Assembly (NCBI GenBank): GCA_050613775.1
Contig: JBODTK010000134.1
Location: 310,001-374,000, forward strand
DNA length: 64,000 bases
Source: Neocallimastix sp. 'constans'
Taxonomy: Eukaryota
Reading direction: 5' to 3'
In this document: in pieces, positions 43,125 through 58,538 of the stretch
How positions within the stretch are numbered: the first letter of the stretch is position 1
How the letters are laid out: every line of letters starts with the position of its first letter
Notes under the pieces: model-generated
What the model was told of the DNA's origin: nothing
Seen by the model: the letters and a program-made list of their open reading frames with translations, nothing else
Databases searched by the model: none
Program-made: the position numbers and the translations under genes

Positions 43125-45745
43125 TTTTGTTTCTACAGAAATTTCATTCCAAATTTACTTTGTTAAAAAGAATAAAGAATATATATATTTATTTATATTT
43201 AATTTTTTATTTTTCTAATTTTTAGAGTTAATATATCTTAAAATAATATCTTATAACAACCAATATATTTTTTTTTTATTTTAACTACTTTAATATATAT
43301 ATACAAAAAAAAATTATTGAAAAAATTTTTTTTTAAAAAATACAAATAAATTTATTTTTTTTTTTTTTATTTTATTTTTATATTTTATGTTCTGTTTCAA
43401 AAATAAAAAAAAAAAAAAAAAAAAAAAGTAGAAAAAAAAATCTATAAAATATATAATATTATATTAATATAATGATTTCTTTTTTTTTTCTTAAAATTTA
43501 TTAAATATATTTAATAATATTTATTTTGTTATTGATTTATTTCTTTTTAAAATTTTTTTATTTTTATTTTTTTTTTTTTTACTTTTTATATTAAGTTGGA
43601 TATTTTAAATATATTCAAAATCAATAATTCTACCAAAAAAAAAAAAAATAAAATAAAATAAAAATAAATTATTTATTAACTATTTATTTATTTATTTAAC
43701 TAATTAATTATTTATTTATTAATTATTTATTTATTAATTAAATTATTATCTTATTTATTTAAATTAAAAATTAACAAAATTTCATGTATATATGTATATA
43801 TATATATTCTTTTTTGATCTTGTAAAAATTAAATATACAAAAATAAAGAATATTTCCATTCTTTTATATAAAAATTATTTATTTTTTTTTTTAATATTTG
43901 AATTTATTATAAATATAAATATAATTATTTTTATGAAAATTATAATTAATTATAAAAGTAAAATTATGATAAAATAATATAAAAATGTATAAAATAAGAT
44001 GTGAAGATCTTAATTAGGACAAATTAAATAAAGCCACAACAAAACTCATGCTAAAAAAGAGATAAAAAAGAAAAAAAAAGAAAAATTTTTTTCTTTTTAA
44101 ATATCACTCTATAAATGGAATATTAATAGATTCTTTCATTTATATGTATAAAATTTAAAAAATAAAATAAAATAGAATAAAATAAAAAAATAATAATATT
44201 AACAATAATAAAAATAAAAAATAATAAAAAGAAAGGTTAAATAAAATATACTATTATTATAAATATTATTATTTATATAATTATTAATTATAAATATTAT
44301 TAGTTATTAATTATTAATTATTACAATTATTATTTATAATTATAAGCCACAAAAAACAGAAAATGATTTTTAATTTTAAAATTGATTTTTAATTTTTATT
44401 TAATAGTTGTTTTTACAATTGTTCATTTGTTATTGGTACCTAATTTTCATCCATATGATAAAAATAATATATATAATATATATATTTAATAAATAATTTA
44501 TTTTATAAATTGTTTTACTATTGAACTATTAAACTATAATACATTATTATATTTATTTAATATTTATATTTTTTTTTATGTTTTAACACTTTTTCATTAT
44601 TATTTCTTAAAAGAAAAAAGAAATTGAATTAATCATTAATCAAAGTAAAAACAAAAGAAAAAAAAAGTTTTATATATTTTAAATTTTTAATTTATATAAA
44701 TATATATATATATATTTATATGTATATATATAATTGTATATTCATATAAAATAATGTTAAACAATTCTAATATATATATTTATAACTAACATCTATTTTA
44801 TAATGACACATATATCTTTTTTTTTATAATTATATTATATAATTAAACAATTAACTATTTTTTATTTTATTTTATTTTTTTATTAATTAATTATTAAAAT
44901 GTAAAAAAAAGAAATTTATTTTATTTTTTGTTTTGTTTTATTATTTTATATTAACTTTTTTTTTTTATCTTCTTTTTTTTAACTTTTTTATTTCTTTTTT
45001 AAATATTTGAAATGTTTAAATATTTTTTTAATTTATATTTAGTAAAAATTTTTAAATTTTTTGTTTTTTTGTATTGTTCATCTTTTTTTTATTTTTCTAG
45101 TATTTTCTCTAATTTTTATATAAAAGAATTAAAAATAAAAAAAATGAAAATTTTAATTTAAAAAATAAAATAAGCAAAAGATAGAAAAATAAAAAAATAA
45201 TAATAAATAATTTAATAATAAATAATATATAATTTAATTATAAATAATAAATAATAAATAATAAATAATAAAAAAGAGTATTTATTAATAAATAATAAAT
45301 AATAAATAATAAATAATAAATAATAAATAATAAATAAAAATAATAAATAATAAATAATAAATAATAAATAATAAATAATAAAAAAGAGTATTTATTAATA
45401 AATAATAAATAATAAATAATAAATAATAAATAATAAATAATAAATAAAAATAATAAATAATAAATAATAAATAATAAATAATAAATAATAAATAATAAAT
45501 AATAAATAATAAATAATAAATAATAAATAATAAATAATAAATAATAAATAATAAATAATAAATAATAAATAATAAATAATAAAAATAATAAATTATAATA
45601 ATAATAATATAATTATAATTTTTAAAATAGTAATATATATGTTGATGTAATTATTTGGTTTTTAATCATCATTTTTTTCCAAATTTATTAATAAAACAAT
45701 GAAAGAAGTTGAATTATGATAATAATATCATTTTTATTATTATAT

Positions 45746-45782
<37 letters not shown>

Positions 45783-45953
45783 TTGGAAAATGAAAAGGGA
45801 ACATGCCAACTTGGCGGCAGATATTTATTATTTCAAAATAAAATCGATGATTTAAGTAATGAACTTCCCATAACAAATATTACCAATCATAACATATGCA
45901 AATACACCCATGAAGATACCAATTAATAGTAACAAAAAATAGATTTAATTATT
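45783..45953 (-). pseudogene. Decayed partial copy of exon 3 of the EamA gene at 55082-57054
   Basis: Collinear similarity to ~55678-55843 (e.g. CAAAATAAAATCGATGA, AATCATAACATATGCAAA, CCATGAAG..ACCAATTAA) with indels. Confidence 0.85.
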
Positions 45954-46018
45954 ATTTTTAATTATTATTAACATTAACATTACCATTACAATTACCATTA
46001 TTATTGTTATTGTTATTA

Positions 46019-46065
<47 letters not shown>

Positions 46066-46493
46066 TATTATTATTATTTATTATTATTATTTATTATTTA
46101 TTATTATTTATTATTATTATTATTATTATTTATTATTATTTATTATTTATTATTATTTATTATTATTATTATTTTTTATTTATTCTCATTATTAATTTTT
46201 TATTGTTATTACAGATTTTATTATTATTTCTTTTATTATTAATTTTTATTCGTATTAATTTTTTTTTTTTTTATTTTTATTATATTTCTATCATTGTTAA
46301 TTCATATAATTAATGATATTATTATATATATAGTTATGTTTCTCTTTGCATTAGTTTAAAAAATTTATCCTTTTTAAATTATTTTGAACTATATCAAGTT
46401 TCAAGTTTATTAAGATATTCTGTTGAAATATTCTATTATATTAGAAATTAAAACTAAAAAAGTATAAAATTAACTTTCAATTTTTATTTTAAT

Positions 46494-46545
<52 letters not shown>

Positions 46546-46562
46546 TAATAGTAATAATAATA

Positions 46563-46606
<44 letters not shown>

Positions 46607-46929
46607 TAATGGTAATAATATTAATTATAATAATAAATAATAAATAATAAATAATAATAATAAATAATAAATAACAATAAATAATAAATAATAATAATAC
46701 TAATGGTAATAATATAATAATAATAATTATTAATAAATAATAAATAATAAATAAAAAATAATAAATAATAAATAATAAATTTTAAATAATAATAATAATG
46801 GTAATAATATAATAATAATAATTAATAATAAATAATAAATAATAATAATGGTAATAATATTAATAATAATAATGATAATAAAAGATTTATATAAATATTT
46901 TACTTACAATCATATTATTTATATCATTT

Positions 46930-48350
46930 TCTAGGCAAGAAGAGATGGATGTCTTTGGTTTTAAGCAGAAAACAGGCCAATCATTATTGTTAATATTATT
47001 AGCTATTTTTTCATATTTTCTTTGAAATCCATTTTAAATTGATTTAAAACTTTCCCATTAACTTTAGAGGGACTTTTATGACTACCATTATTAATTCATT
47101 TCAAATTATTCAAAAATTTTCTAATTTTTTTTTCATCATTCTTGATTTATTTAAAGGAATGAGGTTCTCCAAATAATTAATAATTTTATAAAGTAGAACG
47201 TTTATTTCCATTTGTCATAGAATCTATAAATGCTAAAATTCATAACTTGAAGTTTCTTGATATTTTCCATATTATCAAAAACAATATTTCATCGCATCCA
47301 TTTTATTTTTTTTTTTTGCTTTATATCTTATTCACTTAATACATTAAGTTGGAATTACTACAGTTATATCTTTAACTTGTTTTGTTTATTTATTTACTAA
47401 ATTTATATTATTAGCTTCATTTTTCTTTTTGATTCTTAGTCAGTACTAAATTAAATCATAACTTCTATTAATTTTTACCATTATTTTTTAATTTTTAATT
47501 TTTTTTTATTTAACTTTTGATTATTATATTATTATACTCATCTTTTTTGTCATCATCGCTTGTAAATAAATTTTATCTTTTAAAGTATTCAACTTTAAAA
47601 ATTCAATTTTTCCTTGTAAGGCTTCATAATCAATAAATTCAGTTTTAGTATTACTAACTTTTTTTTTTTTTTTTTAAATATGTAATATATACTTTTTTTT
47701 CTAGGAAGGAAGAGTAATATCTATTATTGGTGTGTCAGTGCTTTTTATCTCATGTTCAACAACTATATAACTCAAATGATTACTGGTTGATATAAACTTT
47801 GCCTCATTTTCTGGTTTAACTCTGTCATCGGGATAAACATGATTTTAGTTGAATAATAATAATAATAATGATATTACCAAATATGTAAAGAATATTTTCT
47901 CTTTTTTTACCATTACAAAAACTTAATAGACCAACAAGTTTTATGAATTTTAAGCTACCAACATTTTTCACAAGCATTTTAAAGTTTTTTAACATTATTT
48001 AATTCATCATCAATCATTGGAATTAATTAATTGAGAATTTAGTGTAGTAACTTATTTCATATATTGTCTTTACGCCTTATATTAGCTCTATTAGTTGATA
48101 CGTTTTTGTATGATGGAATTCTTTTTTCAGATGTATCTTTATTCTACCTCTTCTTTTACTTCTTTTATACTAACTTTTGTTGCTTTGGTTTACTTTTTTT
48201 ATACTATTTTTTTTATCTTTTTTTTTTTTCATTAACTTTTTCTTCATTTTTTACTTTGAAATAACCTATAAATGTACTTCGTTCTTGAAATAATTTTATT
48301 TTATTTGTAAAAATATCATCAATTTCTTTTTCCATTTTATTTTCCATTAT
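46930..48350 (-). pseudogene. Heavily decayed coding-like remnant of unknown origin
   Basis: Sequence complexity above background, K/E-rich broken frames and a Cys/His pattern (ACEKC..IHKTC, ~47930-47976) reminiscent of a PHD-like finger. Confidence 0.3.
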
Positions 48351-49809
48351 TTCTTTTTTTTTTTTTTAAAAAAAATCATTTAAAAGTTTTTAAATATCTT
48401 TACCAAAAAAAGTTATTGATGTTTCTAAACATTTCAAATTATATTAATATTTTTGGAGTTAATTTAATACTTTCTACAAAATTTATATCTTTTTAATTTT
48501 AATTCAATTTATTTTTTTTCTTAATCTTTTAATTAATTTAATCTAATATTTTAATAAAGATAAAATTTAAAAAAAAAAAAATATTATATTATTATGTTTT
48601 ATATATATTACAATTTTTATTCGTATATATTAATAACATAATTATTATAGAATTTATATTTTTAATTATTAAATTATATATACTAACATATATTTATATT
48701 TATATATTCATTTGTAAATATATATATATATATATTTTCCTTTATTTATTGGAATAGAATTTTCTAATTTCAAATGATATCATTAATTTTATTTTTTTAT
48801 TTTTTTTTTTTTTATGATTATCAAAAAGAAGATACTTTATATAATATTAAATATTATTAAATAAGATTAATACCATAATTAAACTCTAATCATAATATAT
48901 TTATAATGTATTCTTAATAGGTAAAATAAAATAAAAAAAAAAAAAAAAAAAAAAAGATGTAATAATAATAAATATCACATTATTATTATTATTAAAAAAG
49001 ATTAATTTATTTTATTATTACGTAATATTATATGTTTTTAAAATAACTTTCAAAAAAAAAAAGTTTTTTTTTTTTAATAAATAATATATACTTGATAATA
49101 TATAAATAAGTATATTAAGTATTAATTATTAAAATAAAAAAAATTTAATTTGTTTTTATTATTATGAAATATGTAAAACATGAACATTTTTTTTTTTTTA
49201 TTTTTATTTTTATTTCAACATTCAAAAACGGTTATTTTTTTTAGATAAATAATAATAATAATAATAATAAATAAAGTTTTAATTTAATTTTAACATTTAA
49301 TGCTTTTTTATTTTTTAAAAAAAAAATAAATTAAAAATAAATTAAAAAATTAGAAAATTAAAAAAAAAATCAAAAAAATATTAATAAAATTTTTAAGGAA
49401 ATAATTATTAATATGCATGTTACACAAATATTTGTTGTTTTATATATACATTTTTTAGTTTTATTTGGTACTATTAAAATAAATATATTTCAATATATTA
49501 ACTCCATATATTATATTTACCTATTTATCATTAAAAAAAAAAAAAATTTGGTTAAAATTTTATATTCTTTTAATTCATAAAATTTTTTTTTTTTTTTTTT
49601 TTTTAGAAAATATAAAAACAGAAAAAATATATAAATATAATAGTTTCTTTTTTTTTTTTTTTCTAAATATCTTTTTCTTGTTTAATCTAATAAAACAATA
49701 AGTAAAAATATATAAAGAAAAATATCAAATATTAAAGAAAGAAAATTTAAATAAAAATAATAATATATTATAAAAAAAAAAGATTGAAAAGTTTCAATAA
49801 TAATTAAAA

Positions 49810-50019
49810 ATGAATTTAAAATTCCTTGTAATTACTTTTGCTAGTCTAATTTATTTTGTAGAAGGTAAATATTTATATATAAAACTATTTATAATATAAG
49901 TTATATAATATAATATTGGAAAAAAATGAAGGAAATTTTAATTTAAATTTATATGTTTTATTTTATTTACAAATAATTTTTTAATGTCAAACATTTATAT
50001 ATATATAATTATATAATTC

Positions 50020-50084
<65 letters not shown>

Positions 50085-50255
50085 TTTATTTTTCAATAAA
50101 AATAAAATTACAATAATATTTATAGCAACCAAGTATACTTTCAATGTTGTATCAATCTTAGGAGAAGGTTATACTATGGGTGTCAAGTATAACAAAAAAG
50201 TTGTAGAATTAAAATCAATTGTATTTCCTTGTAAATATTAAATATTAAATATATC

Positions 50256-50304
<49 letters not shown>

Positions 50305-52334
50305 TTAAATTTATAAAGAGATATAATATAAAAAAAATCTAAAATTTAAAAGACAATATATTTTAAATTATAATAATAATAAAAAAAAATAAAAAATAAT
50401 ACCAAAAATATTTTAATTGATTATTATATGATATATAATATTATTTGTTCAATAGTATTTAATGGTACAATAAAGGCTGACAGAATCAATAGATATAAGT
50501 ATGTTGCACTTAAAGATGGAAAAGTTGTTGAAGAAGAAAAATTAACTAGAATTTATTCAAAGAAAACTAAAGAAATTAATGAAGTTTATAATAGGTAAAT
50601 ATATTTCAAATTCTTTTAAATTTTGCATAATAATATTATTATATTTTTTATTTTATTTTATTTTATTTTTTATTTTTTATTTTATTTTTATATTATTTTT
50701 TATTTTTTTTATATTATTTTTTATTTTTTATTTTTTTTTATTTTTTTTATTTTTTTTTATATAATTTTTTTTTTATTTTTGTTTTAATTTTTATTTTTTT
50801 TTTTTTTTTTTTTTTATTTTTTTTATATTTTTTTTTAATATATATTAATTAATTAACTTTTGAAATTATATATATATATAGAACAAATAAAAAATATGAT
50901 GTTCCAGATCTTCCAGAACCATTTAAACCAATGTTTAAGATGGGAACAAAGGATTTTGAACCATTACCAAAAAACGTCATCTACAACTTATATGCTAAAT
51001 GTGATAAAGAAATTTATTCTTCCCTTTCTAATGAGCCATTTTTAAATGGAGAAGAAGATCATGTAAATAATAAAACTGCTCTTTGTACATTTAGTATTAT
51101 TACTCCAAAAAGTGTCTTCGAAACCAGTGGTTCCATTCATTTAATTGGTTGGTTAAGTCGTCATTACAAAAAACTATCCTGGTCCGTAAAATTTGACAGA
51201 GAATATTTAGGTAGAAAATCATTTAAATTACGGGCTCTTCCTAACGATCCAACTCTTATTCGTGAAAAACTCGCCATGGAGCTATATAATGCCGTGGGTG
51301 TACCAACTCAGGAAGGTGCCTACGCTAGATTATTTATCAACCAAGATACTTATGGTTTATATTCCATCATCGATACTTTCAGTAAACGATGGCTTCAAGG
51401 TTATGTTCACGGGGATTCTGAAGCTCGAATTGGTATATCCTATCGACTAAATTCAGATGACAATGATTTTTCAACTTTCCAATATTTAGGAGAGGACCAC
51501 AGGATATATGAAGGTCTTGAGACCTATGAAATTGATGAATTTGATAAAAAGGAAATTGATCCAAATGATGGGGATGCCAAGTGGAAACGTTTAATTGAAT
51601 TCACGAAATTATATAATGACTGGGTTGCAAAATACGGACAGGATAATTCTGAAAAGGCAATTATAGAACTTAATAAATTCCTTAATGTAGAAAATCTTCT
51701 TCGTTTAATGGCTGTTGAATCCTTAATTGTACCCCTTGATAATTTTTGGCTCTATACTGCTAATACGGCACTCTACTACAATCCGGAAAGAGAGAACTAT
51801 CAATTCATTCCATATGATTTTGATCAATCGTTAGGTGGTTGGATGTATGATGATAATCTTAATTATGAGACAGTATTCACCGATTGTATCCATTGGGCCC
51901 ATGAGCATGATGATATTCTTGATCATTCCTTTGTTAAGAGCTTCATGAGACATCCACAAATTAAGAAAAGATTCCTGATTATCTTATCAAACGCGACCAG
52001 AAAAACCTTTAACCCCTCTAAAGTGAATAGGTTTATTGATGCCCTTGCTAATGTTATTAGGGAAGATATTACCTGGAATTTCGATGCCATGGATAAATTA
52101 AATACCACCTACGAGGGTTATGTCAATCATTACACTTTTGAAGATTTCAGTGGTAATATTAATTCTACTCCTATTGAAAAACTAGAAAACGTTAGAGAGG
52201 ATGAAACCATGTACGGTCTTAAAGATTTCGTTAAAAGAAGAGGTGAAGGATGTAAAGCCAATACCAAATCTGTTAAAAACGAAAATAACATTAATATCTC
52301 AGACAATATTAGAGTAGAAGTATACAGAAATTAA
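49810..52334 (+). CDS. cotH: Secreted CotH-family (spore coat protein) kinase
   Basis: Exons 49810-49864, 50126-50230, 50456-50594, 50882-52334. Signal peptide; motifs KKLSWSVKF, FKLRALPNDPTLIREKL, YARLFINQDTYGLY, DNFW..ANTALY, FIPYDFDQSLG. Confidence 0.92.
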
Positions 52335-52508
52335 TGTTAATTTTTTTTTTTTTAATATAGGTTTTTCTTAATTTATTTTTTTTTTCCATGGATATATAGC
52401 CAATATCAAATCTATTAAGAAAAATAAAAAAAAAAAAAAGAAAAAGGTAACGTTAATGTTTATATTTCAGAACAATAGTTGAGTGAAAGTATAAAAAGTA
52501 TACAGACA

Positions 52509-52542
<34 letters not shown>

Positions 52543-53444
52543 CGAAACTTTAAAGAGAAAAGAAATTAATTTTTGAAGGATCATTTAAATAATAGTTTTA
52601 ATTATTATAATGTTTAATAATAAAATAAAAAAAAAATAATAACGCTAAAGCTTTCATTTAATGTTAATTCACTGTAATTTTCAATATGGGATTAATATTC
52701 CGTAAAGCTGGTAATCCAAATTGGTTAAGTTTATTGTAAATAATGAAGATATTACATATTGATATATTATATATAATAATTATAATATATATATATATAT
52801 ATATTTTTTTATTTTATAATTTTATATTCAATAATTAAATAAATAATTATTTTTTTTTCTCTTTTCCTATTATTTTATTATTATTAATATAATCTAAAAA
52901 AAATTTTTTATTATATAATAAATTGAAAACTTTTTTTTTTATTTTATTTTTATTATTTTATATTTTTTTTTTACAAAAAAAAATATTTCAAAATGTTTTG
53001 AAATATTTTGAAATGCTTAAATTTTTTTTTTTATTTTGAATTTGGTAAATAAAAAAAAAAAAAAATTCAAATTATTTTAAATCACTCTTTTTTTTTTTTT
53101 TTTCTTCTTTTTTTTTTCCCTAGTATGATCTAATTTTCATAGATTAATATAAAAAAAAAATTAAAAAAATAAAAAAAAAAAAAAAAGTAAAAGTAATAAA
53201 TAATATAATAATAAAAATAAAAATAAAAATAAATAAAAATAAGTAATAATAATAATTTAATAATAATATTTATTATAAATAATAACAAAATATATATAAA
53301 TAATAATATAATATTGATATTATCATTATTTTTATTTATTATTAGAATTTTTAATATAGTAAAAAAATTATTATTTGTATATATATATATATATATTTAA
53401 TTATTTATTAAATTTAATAAATATTAATTACACTTCATAGAAAT

Positions 53445-53850
53445 TTTTTTTTTTTTTTTTTTAGACTTGGAATAAACTTTATGTAGAGAGAGTGTGTATG
53501 TGAAGACTACTAAACTTTCCCTTAAATCAAGAGAAATATTATTTTTGAGAGGAATTCTTTTTTTTTTTTTTTTTTTTTTTTCGTAGATTCGTTGTGTAGT
53601 GTAAAGAATGGATCTATTTTACTATTGGTATATGATGTACTAGGAGGACAAGAAATAGAAATAAAAATTTTTTTTTTTTTTTTTTTTTTTTATTTATTTC
53701 GCCATATCGGTTCAATGTTGACACTCTTAATTGTGAAGGGTTTTTTTTTTTTTTTTTTATTATTACTTAAACCAATCAAATAGTAACTCAAAAGAACTAC
53801 TAATGACGGATATATAGTGTTGGTGAGGTAATTCCTGTGAGGCTAACTAA
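53445..53850 (-). mobile_element. LINE 3' remnant homologous to 24580-24900, interrupted by a further A-tailed insert (~53525-53699)
   Basis: Shared blocks TTAGAC, TGTGTATG, GACTACTAA..TCCCTT | GCCATATCGGTTC..CTCTTA..TGAAGG, TAACTCAA.AGA.CTACTAAT. Confidence 0.75.
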
Positions 53851-54356
53851 TATATAAATAAATGAAAAGGTATGAAATTAAAATAAAAAAAAAAAAAAAA
53901 GTTCATTGGGTAATGCTTGGATTTTTTTTTTTTTTTTAAAAAAAAATATATATATTTATATATATGTTAAAGTTTTTCATATTTATAATTTTATTTTTTT
54001 TTTTTTATATTTTTATTGTTTATTTTTATTTTTTATTTTATTTTTTTTTTTTTTTTTTTTGATTTTTTATTTTATTTTTGATTTTTTATTTTTTTAATTT
54101 TTTTTTAAGTTTATAATTATTTTTAAAAAAACTATTAATTTAATTTGTTGTTCGTTCGGCATAGATTAAATTATTTTTATTTATTTATTTATTTATTTAT
54201 TCGCTTTTTAACGTTTATATATTTTATTTTCTAATTTTTTATTTCTTCATTTTTTAATTTTTCCATTTTTCTATTTTTTTAATTTTTCCATTTTTCTATT
54301 TTTTTAATTTTTTTATTATTTTATTTTTATTTTTTATTATTTTATTTTTTTGTCTA

Positions 54357-54412
<56 letters not shown>

Positions 54413-55081
54413 CATTTGCTAATTTCTTTTTTTTTTAATTTTAATTTTAATTTTTTTTTTTATTTTATTATTTTTGTTAATTTGATTTTGATTATGAATT
54501 TCATTTGCATTTGAATTTAAATCTTTATTATTATATTATTATTTTTAATTTATTTATTTTATAAATATAATAAAAAAAAATTCTTTTTTTATTATTATAA
54601 AATTTTTAAATATATATATATATATTTTTTTTAATATATATAAACAATAGAATTTAAATTAAATAAATAGTACGTTGTATAAATAATTATATTTAGTATA
54701 TAATTCTAATTTAAATAATAACTAAAGAAATGACTATAGGTTTTATATAATAAATAAATTATTATTATATAAATATATATATTTTTTTTAATAATTTTAT
54801 TATATAAAAAAATTTTTTTTATAATAATAAAATTATATGAAAGTATATAAAAAAAATAAATAATTGATCTAAATGAAGTAATAAGAAAAAAAAAAATAAG
54901 AAAAAAAAATAAGATATCTGGTATATAATTAATAAAATTAAAATTTTAAAAGAAAGAAAAGAAAAAAGAAAAAAGAAAAATAAAAAGGAAAATTAAATTT
55001 TTTTTTTTTTTCTTTTTTCTTTTTCTTTTCATTCATTAATTTATTATTTATTTATTTATTTATTATTTTTTTTATTTATTT

Positions 55082-56671
55082 TTATTCATTTTCATCCTCA
55101 AGCGTTGCTTCCTCGTTCGACTCATCTAATGAAACAAAAATATTTTGGAGAGAAGGTTCTATTTTTTCTTTCATCTTTTGTAAATATTGTTTAAAACCCA
55201 TCATTAAATTACTACCAACAATCATAAGTGAACCAAGTATGGAATTCCATCCAGGAATTTCTCCAAAAAATATCATTCCAAAAATAAATGAAAAAACAAC
55301 ATCTAAATTTCTTAACTAATAATAAATAATGAATAAAAAAAATTTAAATTATATAAAAAATAAAATTAGATTATTAGTAAATAATAATTATTAAAATTAT
55401 GTAGTAAATAACATATTATAAAATAAAATATTTATATTAGTCATTTAAAGTATTTAAATTGAACTATTCTATTTTTAATTAATTAAATTAAAAAAAAAAA
55501 ATATATATATATATATAGATATATAGGTATATAGATATCTTTACCAAAGTTCCTGACCCTGAGGTACAATGTTGAATCCCTTGATGTAAGAGATATTGAC
55601 CAAGGAAGGCTGAAATCCCTATAAAACCATATATAATCCAATCAAAGAGGGATTCAGGTAGGACTGGATCCTGAATTTTGAAAATGAAGAGGGAACATGC
55701 CGATATAGCGGTAGATACTACCCCAAAATAAAATCGATGAATTAAATAATGAATCTCTTTACCAATATCACGAATCATAACATATGCAAAAGCAGCCATG
55801 AAGGCACCAATTAACGGTAATAAGAAATAAATTGAATTATTATTATGATTATCATTACTATTATCATTATTATCGCTACTGTCATTATTACTATCCCTTA
55901 TAAATAAAAATTGTGGTTTTGAAACCAATAATACACCTAATATACTAAATAGTGATATTAAACTATCAAAAACAGTTAATTTATCCCCTAAGAGTATCCA
56001 TGCAATAATCGTTATAAAAGCAGGCGTAGTAAAGAAAATAGCTAATAATATTAAAAAGAAAAATAAAATAAAATAAAATAAAATATAATAAAATAAAATA
56101 TAATATAATAAAAAAAGAAAAAAAATTATTAATTTTTATCATTAATTTTATTAATAGTTGGTTATTATTATAATGATAATTAAATATATATTATATATAT
56201 ATATATTATATATATATTAAATATTTAATAAAAATGTTAAAATCAAGAGGTATTTATATATATATATCATTAAATCTATCGATCTATCTTTTTTTACCTG
56301 TATTATCACCCAATGTTAAATAAGTCAAACCAGAAAAATATAATGTTATGGCAAGGGCACCGAAGGTACCTCGACATACCATTTCTAAATACTGTTGAGG
56401 ATAACCCCATGAACTGATTCTAGCTAAATTACAACCGATATAACTACCAAGCATTTGAACAATTGAAAGGATAAGTACGGATTGAAAGAATGGGTATTTT
56501 TTATTTACAATTTTTGCACATAGTGACATAATTGAAAACAGTAAAGCTGACAGTGCCTTTTTTTCATTATTATTGTTGTTGTTGTTGTTAAATATTCATA
56601 TATATTTTATATAAATAAATGAATGATTAAAAAATTATTTTTTTTAAATAATCATTTGTTTCAAATAAAAA

Positions 56672-56717
<46 letters not shown>

Positions 56718-57054
56718 ATAAGTATATCTTTTATTATTTATCAATAATATCTATTATTATTTTATTTATATTTTCATTATAAATTCGAAATTTCTAAATT
56801 TGAAATTTCTAAATTTCAATAATAATAAAAAAAAAAAATAAAAAAAAAAAACTTACCATTAATATTAAACCTAATTTTTCATTATTTTCTTTTTTATTTC
56901 TATTATTGGAAGGGTCATGATGCCTTAACAAACTTGCATTTTCATCATCGATTTCAATGGTTTCAGAATCTGAATAATATGACTGAATGCTAACACTTTT
57001 TCCAGAGAGTGAATCTATTGTGGCTATATTACTTATATCATTATCTTCTGACAT
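55082..57054 (-). CDS. EamA/DMT superfamily transporter (SLC35G-like, about 10 TM)
   Basis: Exons 57054-56857, 56556-56298, 56041-55545, 55315-55082. Motifs RGTFGALAITLYFSGLTYLTLGDNTAIFFTTP, AFAYVMIRDIGK, LRNLDVVFSFIFGMIFFGEIP..SILGSLMI. Confidence 0.9.
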
Positions 57055-57630
57055 ATTTAATTATATATTTTTATTATTTTTATTATTTTTATTATTTCTA
57101 TTATTTCTATTATTTATTTTTATTTTTAAATTTTTGTTGTTATTATAGATTTTTATTCTTATTATTAATAATTCTTTTAATTAATGATATTATATATGTA
57201 GTTTTGTTTCGCTTAGCATTATTTATATAATGACATTTAATAAAATGACAAAAATAAATATTATATATATCTCAATAATACATATTATTATGTATTATTA
57301 ATTAATTAATTAATTAAACTTTTTTTTTGTTTATTTGTTTGTTTGTTGGCTTTACATAAAGTTTAAATATATATATTATTTTATTTTTATTTTAATGGTT
57401 ATTCCTTTTTCTTTTTCTTTTTCTTTTTCTTTTTTTTTATTTTTTATTTTTTTCTTTTTTTTTTTTTTTTGTTTAATTAATAGATTATTTTGATTGTTTT
57501 TTTTTTGTTAAATACTTTTTTTTAGTATATAAAAAAAAATGAAATGAAAAGAAATGAAATGAAAAGAATTTTCTACTAAAATAAAATAAATAAAATTAAA
57601 TTATATTTTCAAGTTGTTAAAAAAAATAGA

Positions 57631-57661
<31 letters not shown>

Positions 57662-58497
57662 ATAAAAAATTCTAAAACTTTTTTTTTCTTTATATATTGG
57701 CTTGTGTTAAAAAAAATTTTTTTTTTTTTTAATAAATTTTTTTTTTAGCAAGTTATTTCATCTAATTTAATTTAAACTTTTTTTTTTTATTTCTATTTTT
57801 TATATATTTTTATATAATAAATAAATATTTTATTTATTTTATATTTATTTTATATTTATTTTATATTTATTTTATATTTATTTTATATAATAAATATTTT
57901 ATTTAATATGTATTTTATTTATAATAAATATTTTATTTAATATGTATTTATTTTATATTTTCAAATATATTTTTTTTTATATATATTTTATATTTTCAAG
58001 TATATTTTATTTTATAAGATGTATCATTTCATTACTCGATAATATATTGAAGTATATAACAATATATTTCTTTCAATTCATTTAAATTTATTATAATATA
58101 TTATAAATCACATATTATGTCACTATTATTCATGTATTTAACCATAAATGATAAATATTAATATATAATATATTAATATAATGTATTTAATGTATTTATA
58201 TAAATTTTTTTTCAAATTATACAGAAATAGAAAAAAATTTTTATTTAACAAATACTATTTAATAAAGATAATATATTTGAATATATTACAATATAAAATA
58301 ATTAGTATTGTTTAATAAAATTATTTACATATAATAAAATACATCAAATATAATTAAATAATTAAATAATTAAATAATTAAATAAATAATAAAATAAATA
58401 AATAATAAAATAAATAAATAATAAAATAAATAATAAAAAGTAAAGATATAAATCATACATCAACAATAATGTATAATAAATATTATTATTATTATTA

Positions 58498-58538
<41 letters not shown>

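Noticed and set aside
50860..52108. Small overlapping ORFs within CotH
   Set aside because: Alternative-frame or antisense shadows of the real CDS.
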